This document shows, one piece after another, positions 8,904-17,680 of a DNA stretch of 64,000 bases. The first letter of the stretch is position 1. Each line of letters begins with the position of its first letter. Source of the stretch: a virus. The notes under the pieces were generated by a model, which saw nothing but the letters and a program-made list of their open reading frames with translations, was not told where the DNA came from and made no database searches. The translations under genes and the position numbers were made by a program. The stretch lies in IMG/VR virus record IMGVR_UViG_3300045999_008055; one strand, written 5' to 3'.

Positions 8904-11168
8904 TTGAGTCTTATGAATATAAAAGTAAAAAAAAGAAATGGCGTTACAGAAAAATTTGATATAGAAAAAATTCATAAAGTAATAAGTTGGGCTATAAAAG
9001 ATTTAGCTGGTGTTAGTTTGACTGATGTAGAGATTAATGCTAAAATAAATATACATGAAGGTATTTCTACAAAAGAAATACATAAACTTTTAATTGAATC
9101 TGCGGCAAACATGATTAGTGTTGAGAAACCAAACTATCAATATGTAGCTGGAAGATTATTAAATTATCAACTAAGAAAAGATGTTTGGAAAGGTAAGCAT
9201 GCTCCAAGATTATTAGAATTCTTAAATCAAGGATTAAAAAATAAAATCTATGATCCAATTATATTGCAAAAATATGATGAAGATGAGTTGAATAAAATGG
9301 GAGAGTTTATTGATCATGAAAGAGATTATAATTTTACTTATGCAGGAGTAAAACAACTGTGCGATAAATACCTAATAAAAGATCGGGTTACAGGAAAAAT
9401 ATATGAAACTCCTCAATTTGCTTATTTATTGATATCTGCATATGCTTTTATAAATTACCCTAAAGAAACACGATTAAATTATGTTAGAAAATTTTATGAT
9501 GCTATAAGTAAACATAAGATTAACTTACCAACTCCAGTAATGGCTGGAGTAAGAACTCCAAGTAAAAATTATGCAAGTTGTTGCTTAATTGGTGTTGATG
9601 ATAGCAAGGATAGTATTACTGCTAGTGCAACTGCCGTAAGTATGGCTACAGCTAGTAGATGCGGAATAGGTATAGATGTATCAAAGATAAGAGCTATTGG
9701 ATCACCTATTAAAAATGGAGAAGTAGTTCATACTGGACTAATTCCATTTCTTAAGATTTACGAAAGTAGTGTTAAGGCATGGCAACAAAATGGTCTTCGT
9801 GGTGGAAGCGCTACTTGCAATATTCAATGGTGGCATTACGAAATCGAAGATATTGTAGTATTAAAAAATAATGCAGGAACAGACGACAATCGTGTTCGTA
9901 AATTAGATTATACAGTTGGTATGAGCAAATTATTCTACGATAGAGTCTTAAAAGATGAAGAGATTACTTTATTTAACACCGCTGAAGTTCCAGAGTTATA
10001 TGAAGCTTGGGGAACGAAAGATTTTGATAAGGTCTATAAAGAATGCGAAGCTAAAAAACTAAAAATAAAAAAGAAAGTATCTGCTCGTAAATTATTCTCT
10101 CTAATCATTAAAGAAAGAGTTGAAACTGGTAGAATCTATATCCTTAATGTAGATCACGCTAATAATCATGGAGCTTGGTTAGATAAAGTTACGATGAGTA
10201 ATCTTTGTACAGAAGTTATCCACCCTACTATCCCATTGAATGATTATCATGATAAAAATGGTGAAATTGGTATGTGTATTCTTTCGGCAGTAAATATGCT
10301 AGAAATAAAAAACTGGCAAGATCTTGAAAAGACTTGCGATCTTATCGTAAGATTTCTTGATGAAATCATTGAAATTCAAGATTACTTTAATATTGCTGCT
10401 GAAAATTTTGCAAAAAAACGCCGTAGTCTTGGAATAGGAATAACTAATTTAGCAGCATATTTTGCTAAAAATGAATTAAAATATACATCTGATAAAACAA
10501 TTCCAGTTCTTGATGAATGGATGGAGCATTTCCAATACTATCTCCTTAAATCAAGTTTAGAACTTGCTAAAGAAAAAGGAAAATGTGAAAAGTTTGATAG
10601 AACAAAATACTCTAAAGGAATTCTTCCTATTGATACTTACAAAGATAAGATCGATGAATTTTGTAAAAGAAAGCTATCTCTTGATTGGGAAAAATTAAGA
10701 AAAGAGATTAAAGAATTTGGATTAAGACATTCTACATTATCATCTTGTATGCCATGTGAAAGTAGTTCTGTAATTCAATCATCAACAAATGGCGTAGAAC
10801 CTATTCGCAGTTTAATTACTTATAAGATGAGTAAAATGGGTAAATTACCAGTACTAGTTCCTGGGGTTGGCAAATATGATGATAACTATGAACTAGCATA
10901 TGACTTCAAGGATAATTCTGGTTTACTAAAAATAAATGCCGTTATTCAAAAATACATTGACATGGCAATATCAACTAATGTATACTACAATTATTCTCAT
11001 TATGAAAATAATGTTCTTCCAGACGCTAAGGTAATGAAAGAGATCATGCAAGCGTACTCTCTAGGTTTAATTAGTCTTTATTATAATAATACAGACGATG
11101 GAGATAAGGAGCAGCTAATGAATCAGAAAGAAGATCGTGATTGTTCCTCTGGAGCGTGTAAATTATAA
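8904..11168 (+). CDS. nrdA: Class Ia ribonucleotide reductase alpha subunit with ATP cone
   Basis: VKKRNG ATP cone, PTPVMAG, ASCC, SNLCTE, MCILS and C-terminal CSSGACKL. Confidence 0.97.
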   Translation: MSLMNIKVKKRNGVTEKFDIEKIHKVISWAIKDLAGVSLTDVEINAKINIHEGISTKEIHKLLIESAANMISVEKPNYQYVAGRLLNYQLRKDVWKGKHAPRLLEFLNQGLKNKIYDPIILQKYDEDELNKMGEFIDHERDYNFTYAGVKQLCDKYLIKDRVTGKIYETPQFAYLLISAYAFINYPKETRLNYVRKFYDAISKHKINLPTPVMAGVRTPSKNYASCCLIGVDDSKDSITASATAVSMATASRCGIGIDVSKIRAIGSPIKNGEVVHTGLIPFLKIYESSVKAWQQNGLRGGSATCNIQWWHYEIEDIVVLKNNAGTDDNRVRKLDYTVGMSKLFYDRVLKDEEITLFNTAEVPELYEAWGTKDFDKVYKECEAKKLKIKKKVSARKLFSLIIKERVETGRIYILNVDHANNHGAWLDKVTMSNLCTEVIHPTIPLNDYHDKNGEIGMCILSAVNMLEIKNWQDLEKTCDLIVRFLDEIIEIQDYFNIAAENFAKKRRSLGIGITNLAAYFAKNELKYTSDKTIPVLDEWMEHFQYYLLKSSLELAKEKGKCEKFDRTKYSKGILPIDTYKDKIDEFCKRKLSLDWEKLRKEIKEFGLRHSTLSSCMPCESSSVIQSSTNGVEPIRSLITYKMSKMGKLPVLVPGVGKYDDNYELAYDFKDNSGLLKINAVIQKYIDMAISTNVYYNYSHYENNVLPDAKVMKEIMQAYSLGLISLYYNNTDDGDKEQLMNQKEDRDCSSGACKL

Positions 11169-11171
11169 TCT

Positions 11172-12236
11172 ATGAAAAGTGTTTTAAATTTAAAAAATAT
11201 AGATCATACAAAACAACCATTGTTTTTTGGAGAAGATCTTAATCTTCAAAGATATGATCGTTTTAAATATCCTATATTCTTTGAATTATTTAAAAAACAA
11301 GAAGAGTTCTTTTGGTGGCCACATGAAATAGCATTAAATAAAGATCGTAGCGATTATAAAGATCTAGCTGGACAGGAAAGGTTCGTATTTGATACTAACT
11401 TAAAATTTCAAACTCTTGGAGACAGTATGCTTTCAAGAAGTATTCATTCTTTAAAAGATTATGTAAGTAATCCAGAGCTTGAAATATGCATGAATACTTG
11501 GCAAAGATTTGAAGGTATTCATAGTTATTCTTATTCATATCTTCTTAATAATGTTCATCCAGATGCAAGTAAATTTTTTGATAGCATTATGGAAGATAAA
11601 GAAATCGTATCTCGCGCAGAGCTTATTAGAAATAATTTTGATAAAATCCTTGGTGATGATGATAAGAAAGACTTAAAACAAAAAATATTTGATTGTATCC
11701 TTTCTGTTAATGTAATGGAAGGTCTTGTATTCTATGTTTCGTTTGCTTGTTCTTTTTATTTTGGATATCGTGGTAAAATGGAAGGTAATGCTAAGATTAT
11801 TAAATTTATTCAAAGAGATGAAGCTTTACATTTTGCTACAACTCAAAACTTAATCAAGATTCTTAAAGAAGAAGATAAAGAAGGTTTTACTTCTATTGTA
11901 AAGAAGAGTGAAGATAAAGTTTATGCCTTCTATGAACAAGCTGCAAAAAATGAAATTGAATGGGCAGAGTACCTTTTTAGTAAAGGTTCTTTATTGGGTT
12001 TAAATGCAGAAGTTCTAGCTGGTTATTCTAAATGGCTTTGTGATGCTCGTTTACGATCATTAGGATATAAGAAAATTTTTAATCAAAAAGACAATCCTAT
12101 TGCTGGCTGGTTAGATAGTTATCTTGACAGTAGTAAGGTGCAAGTAGCTCCACAAGAAACAGAAATATCTACTTATAAGATTGGTGCAAGAAAAACTGAT
12201 ATATCTGATGATGATTTTGGAGATATGAAGCTATAA
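11172..12236 (+). CDS. nrdB: Class Ia ribonucleotide reductase beta subunit
   Basis: FFWWPHE, EGIHSYSY, EGLVFYVSF, RDEALH and VAPQETEISTY motifs. Confidence 0.97.
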   Translation: MKSVLNLKNIDHTKQPLFFGEDLNLQRYDRFKYPIFFELFKKQEEFFWWPHEIALNKDRSDYKDLAGQERFVFDTNLKFQTLGDSMLSRSIHSLKDYVSNPELEICMNTWQRFEGIHSYSYSYLLNNVHPDASKFFDSIMEDKEIVSRAELIRNNFDKILGDDDKKDLKQKIFDCILSVNVMEGLVFYVSFACSFYFGYRGKMEGNAKIIKFIQRDEALHFATTQNLIKILKEEDKEGFTSIVKKSEDKVYAFYEQAAKNEIEWAEYLFSKGSLLGLNAEVLAGYSKWLCDARLRSLGYKKIFNQKDNPIAGWLDSYLDSSKVQVAPQETEISTYKIGARKTDISDDDFGDMKL

Positions 12237-12262
12237 TATAATACAAAAGTGTATTATATAGT

Positions 12263-12463
12263 GTGAGCGAAATTAAAAAGAAAAAGAAAGTAAATCAACT
12301 TACAATTAAAGAGTGCGAAGCTATCCTAAATAGACTAGCTGGACAAATAGAATGTAAGTATTATCAGCATGTTTTAAATCACTATAGAAAGCTATTACCT
12401 TCTCATGGTGCAGCTATTGAACTATCTAATGTCCCAAGCGATAATAATGCTACTTTGCCTTAA
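12263..12463 (+). CDS. Small hypothetical protein
   Basis: 66-aa ORF with a GTG start 14 nt after GTGTAT. Confidence 0.6.
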   Translation: MSEIKKKKKVNQLTIKECEAILNRLAGQIECKYYQHVLNHYRKLLPSHGAAIELSNVPSDNNATLP

Positions 12464-12503
12464 TTTTAATTAAAAATAATCATCCTTAAGTGTAAATATA
12501 TGT

Positions 12504-12836
12504 GTGAATTTAGATATCACAACAGTATTTAATCTTGTTATAGGAGCCTTATCATTTCTTGGTGGATGGCTATTTACTAGAGTATTTTCTATATCTGATC
12601 GTCAAGAGAAATTAATTAAAGATTTAAATGACAAAACATTTAGTGACTTCATAGCTTTAAGAAAAGAAGTAGAAATAGAAAGTAGAAAACATCAACAAGA
12701 AATAGCAGACTTAGCTTTAAAGGTTAGTACTACTTATGTTACGAAAGAATCCTTTGAAGCTTATTTTGATAGAATAGAAGCTAAACTTGATCGTAATTTC
12801 GAGACAATTCAACAATATTTGATGAACAAAAAATAA
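12504..12836 (+). CDS. Single-pass membrane protein with a coiled-coil tail (holin-like)
   Basis: N-terminal TM segment (VFNLVIGALSFLGGWLF) and YVTKESF...RIEAKLDR tail typical of small phage membrane proteins. Confidence 0.55.
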   Translation: MNLDITTVFNLVIGALSFLGGWLFTRVFSISDRQEKLIKDLNDKTFSDFIALRKEVEIESRKHQQEIADLALKVSTTYVTKESFEAYFDRIEAKLDRNFETIQQYLMNKK

Positions 12837-12857
12837 AAATTAACTGTAATAGTTAAT

Positions 12858-13373
12858 GTGACTCTTTCGGAAAGAGATATTGATTTTTTTGCAAAGAAAT
12901 TAAGTTTATCGCCAGAAAAGACTTTTCTACTCTTGCAAGATCCAGATTGTTTGCCAGAAATTCTAAATAAAGTAGCAGAAGATAATATAGATGGAATTGT
13001 AGATATTAGTTTTCCTGTTTTTGCAGAGCTAACGATTATAAAATATAGTAAAGATTTAAACTATTCTTTTGAAGAAAAAGAGTATGTGTCAGAAACAGTT
13101 GGAACAAAATTTTATGATCTAATAGAATATCCGCTACAAAATAAATACTTTTTTACATTAGAGCAAAATGAAGATACTGCTAAATCTGTATTAGTATTTC
13201 TAGGATTCTTTTATAAAAGTTTACAGAAAACTAGAAGATGTTATCCATCAGAAAATGTTTATTATAATATAGCAAAAAATGGTTTTGAAAATTCAGAAAA
13301 ACAAGAAATATCTTATCATCTTAAAGATTGGATTAAAGTACTAAGAATCATACATAATGAAGTTTGGTATTAA
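12858..13373 (+). CDS. Hypothetical protein
   Basis: 171-aa ORF. Confidence 0.65.
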   Translation: MTLSERDIDFFAKKLSLSPEKTFLLLQDPDCLPEILNKVAEDNIDGIVDISFPVFAELTIIKYSKDLNYSFEEKEYVSETVGTKFYDLIEYPLQNKYFFTLEQNEDTAKSVLVFLGFFYKSLQKTRRCYPSENVYYNIAKNGFENSEKQEISYHLKDWIKVLRIIHNEVWY

Positions 13374-13384
13374 TACGATATCCT

Positions 13385-13702
13385 TAATTATTTAACTTTT
13401 CTTTGATATCCAAAAGGGCTTTACCTCCAAATTTTATATATCTGAAGTTAAGTATTATCAATCCAACTTTTCTTTTGACTCCAAATTTATCACGATCTCA
13501 GCGATAAACGGGCCATCGCACTTATGGGTCAGAGGTAGCTTCGACCACTACATTCTGCGATGCCTATAGCTACATTCCCTTCAAAAGCCATATTATGTAC
13601 AAAAGAAGGTTTTAATAGTTGTCAGCCCTTTAGACATTGCTATCTCAAGGATTGATAGTTGATTTTTTGACATCAACAAACTGCTCTAATTGGAAGCTAT
13701 GT
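13385..13702 (-). ncRNA. Unassigned structured non-coding RNA (~320 nt; boundaries approximate)
   Basis: ORF-free gap that is more GC-rich than its flanks, with its own minus-strand promoter, several hairpins and long-range complementary segments, two of which cross. Confidence 0.6.
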
Positions 13703-13708
13703 TAAATT

Positions 13709-13737
13709 ATATTAGAATAGATTTGTCTTTTTGTCAA
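13709..13737 (-). promoter_or_regulatory. Sigma70-like promoter pointing into the putative ncRNA
   Basis: TTGACA (13737-13732)-17 nt-TAATAT (13714-13709); no substantial ORF downstream. Confidence 0.6.
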
Positions 13738-13759
13738 AGTTTTTTTATAATATATAAAA

Positions 13760-13969
13760 ATGGAAATAATCAAAAATAAGGCTAAATGGTCAGTTTACTC
13801 TCAAAAATGCATTAAGCATTATAATATAGATAATGATAATATTTATGATGAACCTAGCGAATATCCTTGTATTGCAATACCACAATTAATTTCGGACATA
13901 AATGGCGCAAGAGTTAAATTTAATTTTGTTTATAAAAAAGATTGCCAAAAACTTTTAAAAGCTTTATAA
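13760..13969 (+). CDS. Small hypothetical protein
   Basis: 69-aa ORF; TTGTCT-17 nt-TATAAT ends 8 nt upstream. Confidence 0.65.
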   Translation: MEIIKNKAKWSVYSQKCIKHYNIDNDNIYDEPSEYPCIAIPQLISDINGARVKFNFVYKKDCQKLLKAL

Positions 13970-13999
13970 TGTGTAAAATAATATAAGTTCTTTCTCATT

Positions 14000-14386
14000 G
14001 GGCCAGATTTGGTTTCGATTTTAGGAATCGGAATTAGAATGCAAGTAGAGGTTTAGGTGGGTCTCTTTAAAAAGCCTTAAAAGTATTAACTGCCAAAACA
14101 GCTAAATACAAAGGTCATATCTCTGCTAGAGTTTCTCTAGTCGAGGAGACCGCTTCTGTAGCTTAAGTTCTACAGCGTGATTACCATGACACATCTAATG
14201 GATAATTGCGTATTTAGATGTCTTTATTTATAAAGTTTTTTTATTCTTTATAGGTTTAGTATTCAAAATAAAATCGCTGAGTATGTTTGTTTTTTCTCTA
14301 TACAAAGCTAAAAACAAAAAGAACTAAACTTGTAGTATTTTAATTTAAATTCACTAAAAGAAGCGGTTCGACTCCGCACTGGTCCA
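14000..14386 (+). ncRNA. ssrA: tmRNA (CCA not encoded)
   Basis: Acceptor stem GGGCCAG (14000-14006) / CTGGTCC (14379-14385) with a G3-U70 pair and discriminator A; 5' GGTTTCGA; T-arm GCGG-TTCGACT-CCGC; resume context TTAACT-GCC; tag frame 14092-14166. Confidence 0.93.
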
Positions 14387-14432
14387 AGTTTATTATTGAG
14401 AATATTTATAATTATATTATACTTAAATATTA

Positions 14433-14984
14433 ATGATTAAAAAAACAAAGATAATTTGTGCCACTTGCAATAAAGAGCATGAAATAAGACTAAGTGATTA
14501 TAAGAGAAAAATTAAAAATGGACAGGATAAATTTTACTGTAGTTTAAAATGTTCTGGAAAAGCTGATTATAAAAATAATCCTCAAAAACTTGAAAAAAAT
14601 AAAGGCAACATATCTTTATTAAAAGGATATGAGGCAAATAGATTAGATGAATATAGTCCATTCAAATATTCATTAAATAAAGCTAAATCCAGAAGTAAAG
14701 AAAGAGGAGAGGAGACAGATTTAACTTTAGAATATTTAAAAGAAATTTATGATAAACAAAAAGGTTTATGTGCATATACTAATATAAAGATGGAAATTCC
14801 TAGATCTTCTCAAGATGAAGATATTAAAAAAAGCCCAACAAAATTAAGCTTAGATAGAATTCATTCTCATACTGGTTATTTTAAAGGAAATGTAGAATTT
14901 GTGTGTTATTGTATTAATGTTATGAAAAATGATTTTACAAAAGAAGAGATGATAAAATTTATAAATCAAATAAAGTGTAAATAA
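14433..14984 (+). CDS. His-Me finger (HNH-like) endonuclease with N-terminal zinc ribbon; putative homing endonuclease
   Basis: CATC...FYCSLKC, GLCAYT and SLDRIHSHTGYFKGNVEFVCYCINVMK. Confidence 0.8.
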   Translation: MIKKTKIICATCNKEHEIRLSDYKRKIKNGQDKFYCSLKCSGKADYKNNPQKLEKNKGNISLLKGYEANRLDEYSPFKYSLNKAKSRSKERGEETDLTLEYLKEIYDKQKGLCAYTNIKMEIPRSSQDEDIKKSPTKLSLDRIHSHTGYFKGNVEFVCYCINVMKNDFTKEEMIKFINQIKCK

Positions 14985-14989
14985 AATAA

Positions 14990-15073
14990 ATGAAAGATGG
15001 CGCAGAATATATTTATACTTTAATTATTGGGCTTATTATATTTGGTTTAGCCAAATTCTTATTAAGCCTATGA
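14990..15073 (+). CDS. 27-aa membrane micropeptide
   Basis: MKDGAEYIYTLIIGLIIFGLAKFLLSL; GTGTAA lies 15 nt upstream and the stop overlaps the next ATG. Confidence 0.55.
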   Translation: MKDGAEYIYTLIIGLIIFGLAKFLLSL

Positions 15074-15267
15074 GCAATCCTAGATACAAGGTTGGCGACA
15101 AAGTAAAATATAAATGTGTTTATAACAATGAAATAGTAGTTGGCGAAATACTTAGCATAAGACAAGCAAATTTAAATTGGGATTATAGTATTAGATATGA
15201 AGTATTTGTTAATTTAGTTTATGTTCAATGGGTCAAAGAACAAGATATACTTGAGAGAGTAAAATAA
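15070..15267 (+). CDS. Small SH3/KOW-like phage protein
   Basis: YKVGDKVKY...VGEILSI pattern. Confidence 0.6.
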   Translation: MSNPRYKVGDKVKYKCVYNNEIVVGEILSIRQANLNWDYSIRYEVFVNLVYVQWVKEQDILERVK

Positions 15268-15270
15268 TAA

Positions 15271-15672
15271 TTATCTTACTTCTTTTCTTCCCTTACCTTT
15301 ATTTAAATTTCTATGAGAATCAGTTAGTGAGTGGCAATTTGGACATAAAACTTCTAAATTGTTTATATTATTATTTTTAAAATCTCCATCTTTATGATGA
15401 ATTTCTAATGTGCTTTTGCCTGTTGTTGAATTTCTTTTATTCCAACCGCAGATTTCGCATGAGTAGTTCTTTTTGTTTATTAAATAATTTCTAATAAAAG
15501 GTCTAATTTGCCCATTTGTTGTATACCCTCTATTGTTTCCATTTAACCAGTTTTGTATTTTAACATTGTTTTGATATTTAAACTGGCATGTATTATTACA
15601 ATAATATTTTATAGGTTTATCACATTCTTTGTTACAATTTTTGCATTTTCTTCTTGGCTTTCTAATATTCAT
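15271..15672 (-). CDS. HNH endonuclease
   Basis: CKNC..YCNNTC, CEICG and LEIHHKDGD..NN...NLEVLCPNCH; ATG 15672 chosen because GTGTAA lies 14 nt upstream. Confidence 0.9.
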   Translation of the reverse strand: MNIRKPRRKCKNCNKECDKPIKYYCNNTCQFKYQNNVKIQNWLNGNNRGYTTNGQIRPFIRNYLINKKNYSCEICGWNKRNSTTGKSTLEIHHKDGDFKNNNINNLEVLCPNCHSLTDSHRNLNKGKGRKEVR

Positions 15673-15764
15673 ATAAAATATTACACTCAAAAATAGACCA
15701 TTTAATAAATAATATTAGGTCTAATATAATAATTTTGTATATTATTTAGTGTAATTAATCCGCA

Positions 15765-17126
15765 ATGGCCGATAATTTTTTTACATCTCCAGATCATTCC
15801 GAAAAAAGAATCGGGTTAGTTTACAATAGCGATAGTGGTTATTATCAACCAATAGATTTTAGTAAAATAGATGATATTGAATCTCTTTTAAGGAATTCTT
15901 CAAGTCCAACTAATATTGATGCATTTGGTCGCCAAAGAATATCAAATCCATTTACTCTTGCAGATTATTCTCACGTTTACGGAGAAGAAACAGAATTATT
16001 AACTAAAACTAGTGGTACAAATTCTAATACAACATTTAATATTAATCAAGCAAAAGCAGTGCTCCAAGTTGGAACTGGAGCTAATGATTTTACAATTCAC
16101 CAAAGCAGAATGTATCATCACTACATGCCAGGAAAAAGTCAATTGACTTTTCAAAGTTTTAATTTTACAGGATATAGAGCTGGCACAAATAAAAGAATTG
16201 GTCTTTTTGATGATTATAATGGTATATTTTTTGAACAAAGTGGAGATGGAACACTAGCTCTTGTTTTAAGAAACGATGTTTCAGGATTTGTATCAGAAGA
16301 AAGAATAACCCAAAACAATTGGAATATAGATAAATGTAATGGAAGTGGAATTTCTCAATTTAATATAGATATAACAAAAACACAATTATTCACTGCAGAT
16401 TTTCAATGGTTAGGAGTAGGAAGACTACGAGCTGGATTTGTACATGATGGTCAATCAATAATTGCTCATGAATTTTATAATAGCAATAACAAACTAACCG
16501 TTTATTGGAGTAACCCAAATCTTCCAGTTAGATGTGAAATTAGAAATTACGCTGTAGCAGTTGGAACAGATACTATGGATCAAATTTGCGCTACAGTAAT
16601 GAGTGAAGGTGGATACAGTGAAGCAGGAGTAGATTTTGCAGCAAGAAATCTTACAGCAAGATCAGTAGCCACAACTAGCCAACTTCCACTAATCGCAATA
16701 GCACTAAAGACTGGATATTATGGTAAACCAAACCGAAGCGTTGTTAGACCAAACATGGCTAATATTTATACAGCTGTAGATGCAGTAACTTATGAACTTT
16801 GGAGAATTCCAAGTACTGGTCAAATAGTTGGCGGAACTTGGGTAAGCGTAAACGATGAAAGCGTTGTTCAATATAATACTAGTGCAACAAGTGTTAATTT
16901 TGCCAGTGGTATGTTAATAGATGCTGGATATTGTATTGCTGGAGGTCAGGGAGCAGGAAAATTTAGTTCTCAATCTCAAATACAAACTTTATCAAGCGCA
17001 AAAAGAGGTTATATTAGTCAAAATATTGATAGCACAAATAGTAATGTTTTTGTTATAGTTGGATCTGGAATTGGCGCTGCATCAAGCAATACTTTTGCAA
17101 GCTTACAATGGCGAGAAACTAGATAA
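15765..17126 (+). CDS. Probable virion structural or fibre-associated protein
   Basis: 453 aa with DAFGRQRIS, YMPGKSQL, DFQWLGVG and NLPVRCEI motifs that I recognise from phage structural-region proteins; its N-terminus is shared with the next ORF. Confidence 0.6.
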   Translation: MADNFFTSPDHSEKRIGLVYNSDSGYYQPIDFSKIDDIESLLRNSSSPTNIDAFGRQRISNPFTLADYSHVYGEETELLTKTSGTNSNTTFNINQAKAVLQVGTGANDFTIHQSRMYHHYMPGKSQLTFQSFNFTGYRAGTNKRIGLFDDYNGIFFEQSGDGTLALVLRNDVSGFVSEERITQNNWNIDKCNGSGISQFNIDITKTQLFTADFQWLGVGRLRAGFVHDGQSIIAHEFYNSNNKLTVYWSNPNLPVRCEIRNYAVAVGTDTMDQICATVMSEGGYSEAGVDFAARNLTARSVATTSQLPLIAIALKTGYYGKPNRSVVRPNMANIYTAVDAVTYELWRIPSTGQIVGGTWVSVNDESVVQYNTSATSVNFASGMLIDAGYCIAGGQGAGKFSSQSQIQTLSSAKRGYISQNIDSTNSNVFVIVGSGIGAASSNTFASLQWRETR

Positions 17127-17170
17127 TTTATAATATCAATTTTTATATTTAATGTGTAATATAAAATACT

Positions 17171-17668
17171 ATGGCAAATTTTACAACAAAAGATCCATCC
17201 GAAAAACGCATTTCTTTAGTATATAATAGTGATATCACAGGATACCAACCAATTGATTTCAGTAAAATTGATGGAATCGAAGGTTTACTATCTAATATTT
17301 TTGTAACAGGAGCAAATATTCCTTCTGGAATAACAGTTTATCAAGCTAATTTAGATAAAAATCTTGATAATGTTTCAACTTCTCCTATTCAAAGTTCTTC
17401 AGTATCTAACGCTACCGCAAGTGGATCAAATGGTACAATTTTAGCCGCTAATGAAAATCGCTTAGAATTGTTTGTTCAAAATCTTGCAACTGGTCAATTA
17501 TATGTAAAATACGGAACTTCTGCTGCTTCTAATTCATTTAATTTTGTTTTAGCTGGTAATAGTTTTGCTAATGCTGGTGATGGCGGAAGTCTTTCTGACC
17601 AAGCTTATACTGGCGTAGTTAGTGTTTCTGGCGCAACCCCAAACTATATTAGCTGGGAAAGAAGTTAA
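17171..17668 (+). CDS. Probable virion decoration protein
   Basis: ILAANENRLELFVQN...LYVKYG beta-sandwich pattern; shared N-terminal module. Confidence 0.55.
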   Translation: MANFTTKDPSEKRISLVYNSDITGYQPIDFSKIDGIEGLLSNIFVTGANIPSGITVYQANLDKNLDNVSTSPIQSSSVSNATASGSNGTILAANENRLELFVQNLATGQLYVKYGTSAASNSFNFVLAGNSFANAGDGGSLSDQAYTGVVSVSGATPNYISWERS

Positions 17669-17680
17669 TGGAGCCAGAAC

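Noticed and set aside
8904-12236. Introns or inteins in nrdA/nrdB (also checked recA, dnaB, dnaE)
   Set aside because: Frames are continuous and of normal length, with no intein splice motifs or inserted endonuclease domains.
13385-13702. RNase P RNA, SRP RNA or group I intron identity for the structured region
   Set aside because: No GAGGAAAGUC/P4 signature, no SRP domain IV motif, no recognisable P7 elements and no interrupted host gene.
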